A DNA stretch of 63,995 bases, the filler included, from a bacterium (GTDB lineage: Bacteria > JBBIVP01), in assembly GCA_037439705.1 (NCBI GenBank). It is 7 parts of 7 records of this genome, joined end to end, with 100 filler letters (N's around TTAATTAATTAA, not from the genome) between each part and the next. Parts side by side here need not be neighbours in the genome. Positions count along the whole stretch, not along the records: positions 10,112 to 20,118 come from JBBIVP010000070.1; positions 20,219 to 30,189 come from JBBIVP010000071.1; 5 more parts are not named here. The stretch is one strand, 5' to 3'. Below, piece after piece: positions 19,720 through 29,175 of the stretch (position 1 is the first letter of the stretch; every line of letters starts with the position of its first letter). Position numbers and translations under genes: made by a program. The notes beneath the pieces were generated by a model. The model was not told the DNA's origin. It did no database searches and saw only the letters and a list, made by a program, of their open reading frames with translations.

Positions 19720-20118
19720 AGATATGAGGACATAAACCCTTCCTGCTTCATCTGAAACTGCTATGTCCATTTTTCCGTCTCCATTAATATCGGCGATAAC
19801 TGGCAAAGACCTCACAGAATTTTTCAAAAGATATGTCCAGACAATACTGCCATCCTCGGCGTTTAACACATAAAGTTTATGTTCAGAAGAATCGACAACT
19901 ACTTCAGGGTTTCCATCTTCGTCAAAATCTGTTATCGCGGGTGAAGAATCTACTTCTCCATCTGTTGTGAATGACCAGAGAAGTGAACCATCATTTCCTT
20001 TAAAATCCATGGGAACCCACATTGAAACCTTAAACCTGCCAAGAGCATCTACTTTGGTTTTTGCCATTTCATTATTAAAATTTTCCCATCTCCGTTGAAA
20101 TCCATCTGCATTTTCACA
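19720..20118 (-). pseudogene. FG-GAP/PQQ-like beta-propeller gene remnant
   Basis: SSPAITDFDEDGNPEVV and PVIADINGDGKMDI repeats; a further DFNGDGK in another frame at the contig edge; ORF runs on antisense into cbiO. Confidence 0.55.
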
Positions 20119-20218
20119 NNNNNNNNNNNNNNNNNNNNNNNNNNNNNNNNNNNNNNNNNNNNTTAATTAATTAANNNNNNNNNNNNNNNNNNNNNNNNNN
20201 NNNNNNNNNNNNNNNNNN
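20119..20218. other. Artificial contig-joining spacer
   Basis: N-TTAATTAATTAA-N, 100 nt. Confidence 0.98.
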
Positions 20219-20236
20219 ATACGGCACATAAATTGG

Positions 20237-21795
20237 TTAATTTTCTACAATTTTGTATATTTTTACAATTTTGTATTTTTTAAGCCTGTAATTCAGCTGC
20301 CTATGAGTAATGCCGAGTTTTATAGCAGCATCTTTAATTTTCCAGTTTGAATCCTTTAACGCCTTAATAATTGTGTTTCGCTCTATTTCATCAAGAGGAT
20401 AGGATTTTACCATCCCTGTCTCATTATCTCCAGATGCTACTTTTATTTCCGGATAGATGACTGGTAAAGGTAATTCATCCTGGTCAACGATCTTCTTATT
20501 TGAAAGAACGACAATTCGTTGAATGCAATTTTCCAGTTCACGGACATTCCCAGGCCATGGATATTCAATTAAGACTCTTAGCGCTCTATCAGTTAATTTA
20601 ACTATTTTATTATAGATTTTGTTGAATCTAACTAAAAAATCTTCAACAAGAAGCGGGATATCCTCCTTTCTCTCTCTGAGGGGAGGTAAAATTATAGGGA
20701 CGATATTCAACCGGTAATAAAGGTCTGACCTGAACCGACCCTCTTCAACCATATTTTCAAGATTCCTGTTTGTCGCTGCAATTACCCTAACATCCACCTT
20801 TATTGTTTTTGAACTCCCTACTCGTTCAAAAGAGTGTTCCGCAAGAAACCTTAACAATTTTGATTGAACATTCAATGGAACCTCACCAATCTCATCAAGA
20901 AAAATAGTTCCTCCATTAGCAATTTCAAATCTTCCTTTCCTCCTCTCGGTAGCCCCTGTAAACGCACCTCGTTCATACCCGAACAACTCACTTTCTATTA
21001 AGGTCTCTGGAATTGCAGGACAGTTTACTTTTATAAATGGCTTGTCTGAACGCTTGCTTAAAGAATGTATTGCATTTGCAACAAGCTCCTTTCCTGTCCC
21101 GCTCTCTCCACGCAACAACACTGTGGCATCAGTAGGAGCGACCTGCTTTATAATTTTAAACACCTCCTGCATCTGTTTGCTAATGCCTACTATTCCTTGA
21201 AAACTAGATTTCCTCTCCAGTTGCTCCTTAAGCATCACATTTTCTTCAATAAGTTTGTTCTTCGTTTTTTCCATCTCTTTCAAAAGATGAATCACATGTG
21301 AAAACATTGAAGAAACGACTTTAAAAAACCTCAATTCCTCATTAACGGTAATCTCGTCCGTAAATTCCCTCTCTATGTACAACACGNNNNNNNNNNNNNN
21401 NNNNNNNNNNNNNNNNNNNNNNNNNNNNNNNNNNTATTATGAATTTCCATTGGGATTGCGAGCCTTGTGGGATTTTCCAGAACCACTTCGGGGATACCCA
21501 ACTTAATTGGACGCCCAATGAACCCTCCATCTGGTCTTTGCGAAAAATTTTTAACCTCATCACGCGTATAGCCATATGCATAGTTTATTTTCAACATTCC
21601 TGAATTATTGTCATATTCCATTATGGCTGCTCTTTTAAGACCAAGAAAATCAACAAGCACCCTCAATGCTGAGTTAATGCTAATTTTTGGATTCGGTGAG
21701 GAACCAATAACCTTATTGACTTCATATAGCGTAGTCATTTCAATTGTTCTTCGCTTGAGCAGATTTGCGTAGCCTTTTATTGTTCTTGGACCCAC
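20237..21795 (-). CDS. NifA-like GAF-domain sigma54-dependent transcriptional activator (interrupted by 48-N gap 21387-21434)
   Basis: [14 protein letters not shown]-terminus; [30 protein letters not shown]-terminal Fis-type HTH. Confidence 0.92.
20246..20275. repeat. Tandem TACAATTTTGTA x2 (18-bp period) creating a TTGTA-N6-TACAA dyad within the activator's last codons
   Basis: Copies at 20246-20257 and 20264-20275; encodes [12 protein letters not shown]. Confidence 0.8.
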
Positions 21796-21815
21796 ATTTC
21801 TATTTTATGCAAATT

Positions 21816-21850
21816 TTGAAAAATTTCAACTAAATTGTAAAAAATTACAA
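21816..21850. promoter_or_regulatory. Candidate upstream activator sequences (two dyads)
   Basis: TTGAAAAATTTCAA (21816-21829) and TTGTAAAAAATTACAA (21835-21850), about 50-85 bp upstream of the -24 box. Confidence 0.55.
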
Positions 21851-21899
21851 TAAAGGTTATCCTTTACTTACAGTCAGTATATTTTATATCTACATATTT

Positions 21900-21916
21900 C
21901 TGGCACAGAACTTGTA
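21900..21916 (+). promoter_or_regulatory. Sigma54 (-24/-12) promoter of nadE-glnA
   Basis: CTGGCAC-AGAAC-TTGTA versus consensus YTGGCAC-N5-TTGCW (one deviation at -12); adjacent divergent bEBP. Confidence 0.7.
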
Positions 21917-21942
21917 ATAAAAATGACATGAAAGGAGTTTTT

Positions 21943-22755
21943 GTGAATTATAGAAAATTGGCGACAGAAATTTCTCAATGGATAAAGAAAGAGGTTGAGA
22001 GTGCAAAATTAAAAGGGGTGGTTTTCGGATTGAGTGGAGGGGTGGATTCATCGGTGGTGGGAGTGCTTTGCAAAAATGTATTCCCAGATGCTCATCTCGC
22101 CCTCATACTCCCCTGCTTCTCATCCGAAGAGGATACAGAGGACGCAAAACTTGTTGTTGAAAATTTTGGGTTAAATTCAAAAATAATAAATGTTGAACCT
22201 GTGTTTCTGGAATTTGCAAAAATTCTTGAGATTGACCCGCATTCCCGTGAACTCCCTGTCGTCAACATAAAACCCAGGTTAAGAATGGTAACCCTTTATT
22301 ATTTTGCAAATCGCTTGAATTACCTTGTAGTAGGAACAGGAAACAAGTCAGAACTCACTATGGGATATTTCACAAAATACGGAGACGGAGGAGTTGATAT
22401 ACTTCCGCTCGGCGATTTAACAAAAACGGAGGTTTACAAACTTGCTAAAGTTCTCGGAATACCTGAAAGGATAATAAAAAAACCACCATCAGCAGGTTTA
22501 TGGCCAGGTCAAACAGATGAAGAAGAAATGAAAATAAAATACAAAGAACTTGATAAAATAATTTCGGTTTTTGAAAAAAAGCAGAATCTTTCAGGAAGCA
22601 AAAAGGACCTTGCGGAAAAAATTCTTACTAAATCAAAAGTGGCAATTCATAAGCTCAGACCACCAAAAATTTTTAAAGTAAAAATGAAAAAACTTAAAAA
22701 TAAAAATATAAAGGAGGTGCGGAATGAAAAAGGAAGAACTTTTAAAACTTCTTAA
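21943..22755 (+). CDS. nadE: NH3-dependent NAD+ synthetase
   Basis: GLSGGVDS; NIKPRLRM; GTGNKSE..GYFTKYGDG; PPSAGLWPGQTDE; no glutaminase domain. GTG 21943 follows AAAGGAG. Confidence 0.95.
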   Translation: MNYRKLATEISQWIKKEVESAKLKGVVFGLSGGVDSSVVGVLCKNVFPDAHLALILPCFSSEEDTEDAKLVVENFGLNSKIINVEPVFLEFAKILEIDPHSRELPVVNIKPRLRMVTLYYFANRLNYLVVGTGNKSELTMGYFTKYGDGGVDILPLGDLTKTEVYKLAKVLGIPERIIKKPPSAGLWPGQTDEEEMKIKYKELDKIISVFEKKQNLSGSKKDLAEKILTKSKVAIHKLRPPKIFKVKMKKLKNKNIKEVRNEKGRTFKTS

Positions 22756-24133
22756 AGAAAAAAGATACGAATTCGTGGACATGCTCTTTACGGACATATT
22801 TGGAACTATGCACCACTTCACAATACCACCCTCATACCTGAAATAAGAAGACTTTGAAGAAGTTCTCGGTTTAGACGGTTCATCCAACACAGCATGGCTG
22901 GCTATTCATTTAAGCGATATGAATTTTGTTCCTGACCCTGAAACAGCCTTTGAAAATCCCTTTTATTCCCATCCGACTATAAGCATAATAGGAAACATAA
23001 TTGACCCGGTTACAAAACAGAGATATAGCAGAGACCCACGATATATAGCCACAAAGGCAGAGATGTATCTAAAATCAACAGGAATAGGGGACACGGTTTA
23101 CATAGGTCCTGAACTTGAATTTTTCATATTTGACAATGTTCAGTTTGATTACAGAGAAAACAGGGCATTTCATCTTGTTGATTCCATAGAAGGATGGTGG
23201 AGAACAGGAGAAGAAGAAAACCCAAATCTCGGATACAAAATTCCATACAAAAGGGGATATTTCCCGGTTCCACCACACGATACCCTTCAGGACATAAGGG
23301 CAGAAATTGCAAATACCCTGCAAAAAATAGGAATCACAGTTGAATACTTTCACCATGAAGTAGCAAGCGGAGGGCAGAATGAAATTGACTTTCGTTTTTC
23401 ACCACTTGTAAAACAGGCTGATAATGTGATGATATATAAATATGTCGTAAAGAACATTGCAAGAAAGCACGAGAAGGTAGCGACTTTTATGCCAAAACCA
23501 CTTTTTGGAGATAACGGAAGCGGAATGCATACCCATATCTCAATATGGAAAAATGGAAAACCTGTTTTTTCAGGTTCCGGTTATGCCGGGCTTTCTCAAA
23601 CAGCACTTTATTTCATAGGAGGAATAATAAAACACGGGAAAGCTCTTTGTGCTATTGTGGCACCGACAACTAATTCCTACAGAAGGCTTGTGCCAGGTTA
23701 CGAAGCGCCTGTGAGACTTGCCTATTCCTCAAGAAACAGAAGCGCTGCAATAAGAATTCCGATGTATTCTGCATCTCCATCTGCAAAAAGAATTGAAATC
23801 CGTTTTCCAGACCCATCCTCAAATCCATATCTAACATTTGCAGCCATCTTGATGGCAGGACTTGATGGAATAGAAAACAGAATTGACCCGGGAGACCCTC
23901 TTGACAGGGATATATATGCGCTTCCGCCTGAAGAACTGGCAGATGTTCCACAGACACCCGGGAGTTTAGAAGAAGCATTAAATGAACTTGAGAAAGACCA
24001 TGACTTCCTTCTCAAAGGAGATGTATTTACTGAAGATTTACTTATGGCATGGATAGAATGGAAAAGGAAAGAATGCTTTGAACTTCAGATTCGTCCTCAC
24101 CCTTACGAATTTCTCATGTATTTTGATTCATGA
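22724..24133 (+). CDS. glnA: Glutamine synthetase type I (in-frame TAA at 22844-22846)
   Basis: RBS AAGGAGGT + ATG 22724; [48 protein letters not shown]. Confidence 0.96.
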
Positions 24134-24154
24134 TTACACTCTTTAACATCCGTT

Positions 24155-25315
24155 TTAAATTTCTATTCCATACTCCTTCAACATCTCCTTGAAAATTATC
24201 CTTCTCTGGATTTCACTTGTGCCCTCTCCTATTTCACCGAGTTTCGCATCCCTGTAAAGCCTTTCAACCTTAAAGTCCGAGATATAACCGTAGCCTCCAT
24301 GAATCTGCACCGCATCGCTTGCTATTCTCGTTGCGTGCTCGCTTATGAAAAGTTTGGCAATTGATGCGAACTCATTGGCATTTGGAGAATTTATTTCCTT
24401 CAACCATGCTGCTTTATAGAGATGAAGCCTCCCCTCATCAACAAGCGTTTTCAACTCAGCAATTTTAAAACTTATGTCCTCAAAATGAGCAATAGTCTTT
24501 CCGAAGGCTTTTCTTTCTGAAGCAAATTTTATACTCTCTTCAAGACATGCCTGAGCAATTCCAAGAGAAAAAGCAGACATTGCAATCCTGCCTGTTTCAA
24601 GGGTTTTCATTGCATAATAAAAACCCTCATTCTCTTTACCGAGAAGATTTTGAAATGGCACGAAAACCTCATCAAGGTAAACCTCCGAAGTTGGACTTCC
24701 TCTTACACCAAGTTTTTTAAAAGGCTTTCCACTTTCAAGTCCATTTGTTCCCCTTTCAACCACAAAAGCGGATATTCCCCTTTTACCTTTTTCCTGCTCC
24801 GTCTTTGCAAATATAACAAAAATATCTGCCACGGGTCCGTTCGTTACAAAAGTCTTCCTGCCATTCAACACATATCCATCATCTACCTTTTTGGCAGTAG
24901 TTCTTATACCGCTCACATCCGACCCAGCTTCTGGTTCTGTAAGACAGAAGGCACCAATTTTTTCTCCTTTCAAAAGAGGTGGAATAAATTTCTTTCTGAT
25001 TTCCTCATTTCCCGCTATGTATATGGAATTAGCGCAAAGCAATATACTCGCATTGGCGCTCAAAAATATAGATGGAGATACCCTTGCAAGTTCCTCCCAC
25101 AATGCAGAACTTATAATAAGGGAAAGACCGAAACCCCCATATTCCTGAAGAAAGAAACACCCGAGATAACCGAAATCGCCAAGTTTTCTAAAAATCTCCC
25201 TCGGGACCTCTCCCATTTCCTCCACCTTTTCTACCACTGGCTCAATCTCTTTTTTTACAAAATCCTTAAAAGAATTTAAAACTTCCTTTTCCTCTTCTTT
25301 GAATTCATAATCCAT
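24155..25315 (-). CDS. Acyl-CoA dehydrogenase
   Basis: FCLTEPEAGSD; LNGRKTFVTNG; KLGVRGSPT; QIHGGYGY; EGTSEIQR. Confidence 0.95.
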   Translation of the reverse strand: MDYEFKEEEKEVLNSFKDFVKKEIEPVVEKVEEMGEVPREIFRKLGDFGYLGCFFLQEYGGFGLSLIISSALWEELARVSPSIFLSANASILLCANSIYIAGNEEIRKKFIPPLLKGEKIGAFCLTEPEAGSDVSGIRTTAKKVDDGYVLNGRKTFVTNGPVADIFVIFAKTEQEKGKRGISAFVVERGTNGLESGKPFKKLGVRGSPTSEVYLDEVFVPFQNLLGKENEGFYYAMKTLETGRIAMSAFSLGIAQACLEESIKFASERKAFGKTIAHFEDISFKIAELKTLVDEGRLHLYKAAWLKEINSPNANEFASIAKLFISEHATRIASDAVQIHGGYGYISDFKVERLYRDAKLGEIGEGTSEIQRRIIFKEMLKEYGIEI

Positions 25316-25325
25316 TTTTTACCTC

Positions 25326-26501
25326 CTATTCTATGTCCTTGCCTGAAAGTTGAATAAGAGCTCTTGCTATGATTGACTTCTGAATCTCTGATGTTCCACC
25401 ACCTATGGTAGCAAGCCTTGCATCTCTGTAGCCTTTTTCTACTGAAAAATCCTTTATGTATCCGTAACCACCGAAAATCTGGAGGCTCTCATAAGATTGT
25501 TTTATAATTGCTTCAGAAACAAAAAGTTTTGCAAGGGAAGCCTCAACAAGAGCGGGAATTCCCTTATCAAGAAGCCATGCAACCCTGTAAACCAATTGCC
25601 TCGCTGCTTCAAGATTCATCTTCATCTCAACGAGTTTCTTCTGAATTGCCTGAAATTTAAGAATTGATTTTTTAAACTGAACCCTATCCCTCGCATACTC
25701 CATACACCTTCTTATCCCTGCTTCCATTGAACCAAGTGCAGGGGCAAGCAAACAGCTCCTCTCCCACATAAAGATATATTTAACAACCTCAGCAAAACCC
25801 ATATCAATCGGTCCAAGGAGATTTTCTTCAGGAACTTCACAATCCTCAAAAACAAGTTCTCCAGTTGGAGAAGTTCGGTTACCTAATTTATCAAGTTTTC
25901 TGCTCACACTGAACCCCTTAAATGTGCTTTCAACTATGAAAGCGCTTATTCCAAACGGACCCTTGCTTTTGTCAGTAACCGCTATGGTCACAAACACCCT
26001 TCCAATAGGACCATTCGTTATAAATATCTTTGAACCATTAAGAATAAATCTATCACCTTTTTTTACAGCATAGGTTCTCACCGACCCAGCATCAGAACCC
26101 GCATTTGGTTCAGTAAGGGCGAAACCTCCGATCCATTCACCGCTTGCAATTTTTGGAAGGTATTTTTTCTTCTGTTCCTCTGTCCCGAGTTTCCATATAG
26201 GAACACCACAGAGAATTGTGTGGGCGCCCCAGGAAAGTGTTAAACCCGCATCAGCACCACCCATCGCAAATCCTTCTTTCGCAAGAACCGTCATCATAGC
26301 AGATGCTCCCTGCCCTCCATACTCTTCAGGAAATGGAAGTCCGAGCAATCCAAATTCCCCCATCTTCTTCCAGCATTCCCAGGGAAACTCTCCCTTTTCG
26401 TCGTATTCTGGTTTTGAACTTTCGGGATAGATCTCCTTCTTTGAAAACTGATAAACGCTTTCTTTAAAAGCCTTCTCTTCTTCTGTGAGTTCAAAGTCCA
26501 T
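25326..26501 (-). CDS. Acyl-CoA dehydrogenase
   Basis: FALTEPNAGSD; LNGSKIFITNG; QIFGGYGY; IGGGTSEIQK. Confidence 0.95.
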   Translation of the reverse strand: MDFELTEEEKAFKESVYQFSKKEIYPESSKPEYDEKGEFPWECWKKMGEFGLLGLPFPEEYGGQGASAMMTVLAKEGFAMGGADAGLTLSWGAHTILCGVPIWKLGTEEQKKKYLPKIASGEWIGGFALTEPNAGSDAGSVRTYAVKKGDRFILNGSKIFITNGPIGRVFVTIAVTDKSKGPFGISAFIVESTFKGFSVSRKLDKLGNRTSPTGELVFEDCEVPEENLLGPIDMGFAEVVKYIFMWERSCLLAPALGSMEAGIRRCMEYARDRVQFKKSILKFQAIQKKLVEMKMNLEAARQLVYRVAWLLDKGIPALVEASLAKLFVSEAIIKQSYESLQIFGGYGYIKDFSVEKGYRDARLATIGGGTSEIQKSIIARALIQLSGKDIE

Positions 26502-26513
26502 CCTTAACCTCCT

Positions 26514-27131
26514 TTATTTTTTACAAAGTCCATTAAGATACACATCTATCAATGAATCTGCTGTATTCTTTAAATTTCTGACAAATTTCTTTTTATTTAT
26601 TTCAGTAAGGGTGAAAAGGGTATCAACAATTCCCATATACATCAAACTTGCCATAAGTGGAGACACATCTTCTCTAACCTCTCCTGATCTTTTCCCATTT
26701 TTTATAATTCTTTCCAAAATTTTTATAACATTGAGAAAAGGAGCATTAAGACCTTCTTTTATCAACCTCGGAGAACGGGAATATTCTGCAACAAGAACCT
26801 TCATGAGTTCTGGAAATTTTTTATAGGTATTCAGCAACAAAGATGTTATTTTTATAATTTTCTCCCTCAGCCCTTTCTCCTTCTCGTCAATCTCCTTTAT
26901 GGATTTTAAAAAAATAGACCATTTTTCCTCAATTATTTGCTTTAAAAGTTCATCCTTACTGCTAAAATAATGATAAACAAGCCCGTATGCTGTGCCTGCT
27001 TCCTCTGCTATATCTGAAATTCTCGCATTTTCAAACCCTTTCCTCGCAAAAACTCTAATTGCAGAATTGATAATACTTTCCCTTTTTTCCTCCACGCCTT
27101 TCAAATTTCTGACTGACATATCAATCAACAT
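26514..27131 (-). CDS. TetR/AcrR family regulator (FadR-like); true start may be ATG 27119
   Basis: SAIRVFARKGF...ISDIAEEAG.AYGLVYHYFSSKDEL HTH. Confidence 0.93.
   Translation of the reverse strand: MLIDMSVRNLKGVEEKRESIINSAIRVFARKGFENARISDIAEEAGTAYGLVYHYFSSKDELLKQIIEEKWSIFLKSIKEIDEKEKGLREKIIKITSLLLNTYKKFPELMKVLVAEYSRSPRLIKEGLNAPFLNVIKILERIIKNGKRSGEVREDVSPLMASLMYMGIVDTLFTLTEINKKKFVRNLKNTADSLIDVYLNGLCKK
27110..27127. promoter_or_regulatory. Candidate TetR operator TGACTGA-CATA-TCAATCA
   Basis: 18-bp dyad with one arm mismatch, just downstream of a minus-strand TTGACC-N18-TATTAT promoter and overlapping the TetR start. Confidence 0.6.
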
Positions 27132-27179
27132 AATACACCATCTTTTAGAGACAGGTCAAGAAACTTTTGATTTTACCAT

Positions 27180-27443
27180 TCAGAGCCTTACTTTTTTAAA
27201 TCCTCCTTTTTTCTTTGCTTTCCCCTTTTTCTTACCCATTATTCCAGGCTCCTTAAGAATCCTCTCAATTTCTTTTGAAAGCTTAAAAAGGCTAATGGAA
27301 GCGAGTTCAGAAACCGACCCTTTTCCTGATTTTTGAAGAATTACGGATATCAGTCTGGAAAGGGCACTCAAAAATTTTAATCCGCTTACGAAAAAATCTC
27401 CTGCTGATTCAAGAACTTCTTGAAGTATTTCTTCCTCTTTCAT
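27180..27443 (-). CDS. Small hypothetical protein coupled to the ArsA-family ATPase
   Basis: ATGA overlap with the upstream gene; amphipathic helices; Lys-rich tail. Confidence 0.6.
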   Translation of the reverse strand: MKEEEILQEVLESAGDFFVSGLKFLSALSRLISVILQKSGKGSVSELASISLFKLSKEIERILKEPGIMGKKKGKAKKKGGFKKVRL

Positions 27444-28543
27444 TTTTTACATACAGAGATTCTCAACCAGCCATGAGAAAAATCTGCTTCTCTCACATCC
27501 ATCCTTCCATTTCCCTTAAAAAACAGAGCCCTCTTGAAAGGACCCGATTTTATGACAAGTTCATTTCCATCTATCCACATTTCTATGTCCTCTTTTTTCA
27601 TTCCCGGAAAGAAAAATTCAATGGCCATCTGATGACCTTTTCTTGTTACCTTCAAGGGTTCAATTTTTGAAAGAAAATCATCTGGGGAAATACTTCCGTA
27701 GATTTTTTCACCCAGGCGTTTTAAAACCTCAAATCCGATGGGCTCTTTTTCAAATTCCTCAAGTTTCATTATGCAAATGGGAGAAAACATGTATTTCAAC
27801 CTTTCAAAAAATTCTTCATCCTCTGAAAATCTGTTCAGGATTATTCCATCAACAGGATATTCAAAAAGGGAAAGAGCAGAATACAATCTTATGGTCTCAT
27901 TAAAAGCTATCTCTGATGGAAGCGTCACAATGCGGAAGGATGTTTTTGATGAATCCCTCAGGAGAGAATGTAGTTTCAAAATTTTTTCGTAAATCGTTTC
28001 AATATCATCTATAAAATCCTTATCGGGAAGAGGGGTGTAAAAATACCTCTCCATAATGGGTTTAACCCTTATATACCTTCTTTTAGCACTGTTTAAAAAT
28101 CTATTTTTATACCAGTTCAAGGTCTCAGGCAAACTCAAAAATTTAAGGGATGAAGCGGTAGGTGGACCATCAACAATAAGAACATCATATTTCTGCGATT
28201 CAATTATTTTCAGAAGGGATATGAAAAAAAGAACCTCCTCCATTCCTGGAAGAAGAACCATCTCCTCCGCATAGACTTCATTAAGTCCCTGCTCCTCAAG
28301 GAAATTTTTTAGAAACCTGTATATCCCGTTCCAGCCTTTTCTGAGTTCTGCATCGGGATCAAACTCAATTACTGCCAAATTTTCGCCTTTAAACTCCTTT
28401 CCAAGGATATCCTTCAGATTGTGAGCAAGATCAAGGCTCGCAAGGACAACCCTTTTCCCACTTCTTGCTATTCTTACTGCAGTAGCGCATGAAAGGGTGG
28501 ATTTTCCCACCCCGCCCTTGCCGGTAAAAAATATAACTCGCAT
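27440..28543 (-). CDS. ArsA/GET3-family ATPase with C-terminal HSP20-like domain (Get3d type)
   Basis: FTGKGGVGKST; SLDLAHNL; LPGMEE; VDGPPT; C-terminal PGMKKEDIEMWIDGNELVI alpha-crystallin-like segment. Confidence 0.85.
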   Translation of the reverse strand: MRVIFFTGKGGVGKSTLSCATAVRIARSGKRVVLASLDLAHNLKDILGKEFKGENLAVIEFDPDAELRKGWNGIYRFLKNFLEEQGLNEVYAEEMVLLPGMEEVLFFISLLKIIESQKYDVLIVDGPPTASSLKFLSLPETLNWYKNRFLNSAKRRYIRVKPIMERYFYTPLPDKDFIDDIETIYEKILKLHSLLRDSSKTSFRIVTLPSEIAFNETIRLYSALSLFEYPVDGIILNRFSEDEEFFERLKYMFSPICIMKLEEFEKEPIGFEVLKRLGEKIYGSISPDDFLSKIEPLKVTRKGHQMAIEFFFPGMKKEDIEMWIDGNELVIKSGPFKRALFFKGNGRMDVREADFSHGWLRISVCKK

Positions 28544-28710
28544 GCTTCAATTATAGTTAGTGCAGGGGAGAATTTCAATTACTCGGCATTTTTCAGAAAA
28601 TTCAAAATTTGCTTGGACAAACTTTATTTCTTTGAGCTCAAATCTCCTCCGCAACGATATTTGTGCTTCTAAAAACTTGAAAATTTAAGGGGGGATGTTA
28701 TCATTAAAGC

Positions 28711-29175
28711 ATGGATTTAATAAAAAAGGCGATTCCAATAGGAAAGATTCTTATTTTGGTTTTTTCACTGATAGGTATCACAGGAAGTTTCTCTCTTTCT
28801 GCAAGTGGAGAAATTCCGTGCCCTTATTGTTTAATTGCAAGATATTCTCTGGTCATCATTCTTCTTCTCTCACTTCTTGCCCTATTTTTGAAAAAAAACC
28901 CCATTTACATAGGTACTGCCATAATCTCAATTCTTCCAATTGTTGCCTCTTCAATCCTCGTTTATAACGATTACTTCGTTCAGGGAGGAACTGAAATATG
29001 CTATTCAGAAAACAGCGATGTCCACTGCACCTCCCCACTCGTGTTTGGAATCCATGTATCCCTCTATGCCCTTCTCATAAGCCTTGCCATTTTGTTTTTA
29101 TCACTTTTACTCATCACAGGAAGTTTTATTGTGAAAAAATATGAAGGTACTGATTCTTGTAGAAAACACGGTTGA
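28711..29175 (+). CDS. DsbB-family disulfide bond formation membrane protein
   Basis: PCPYCLIARY motif; second Cys pair in a loop; four TM helices. Confidence 0.75.
   Translation: MDLIKKAIPIGKILILVFSLIGITGSFSLSASGEIPCPYCLIARYSLVIILLLSLLALFLKKNPIYIGTAIISILPIVASSILVYNDYFVQGGTEICYSENSDVHCTSPLVFGIHVSLYALLISLAILFLSLLLITGSFIVKKYEGTDSCRKHG

Noticed and set aside
20222-20237. CGGCAC-ATAAA-TTGGT as a second sigma54 promoter
   Set aside because: Mismatched at -12, points antisense into the activator gene, and sits 3 nt from a contig end; not supportable.
20237-21795. Nitrogen fixation inferred from the NifA-like gene
   Set aside because: No nif structural genes in view; NifA-like bEBPs occur in non-diazotrophs.
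27440-28543. Arsenic resistance ATPase ArsA
   Set aside because: Single ATPase domain with HSP20-like tail, and no arsB/acr3/arsD/arsR nearby.
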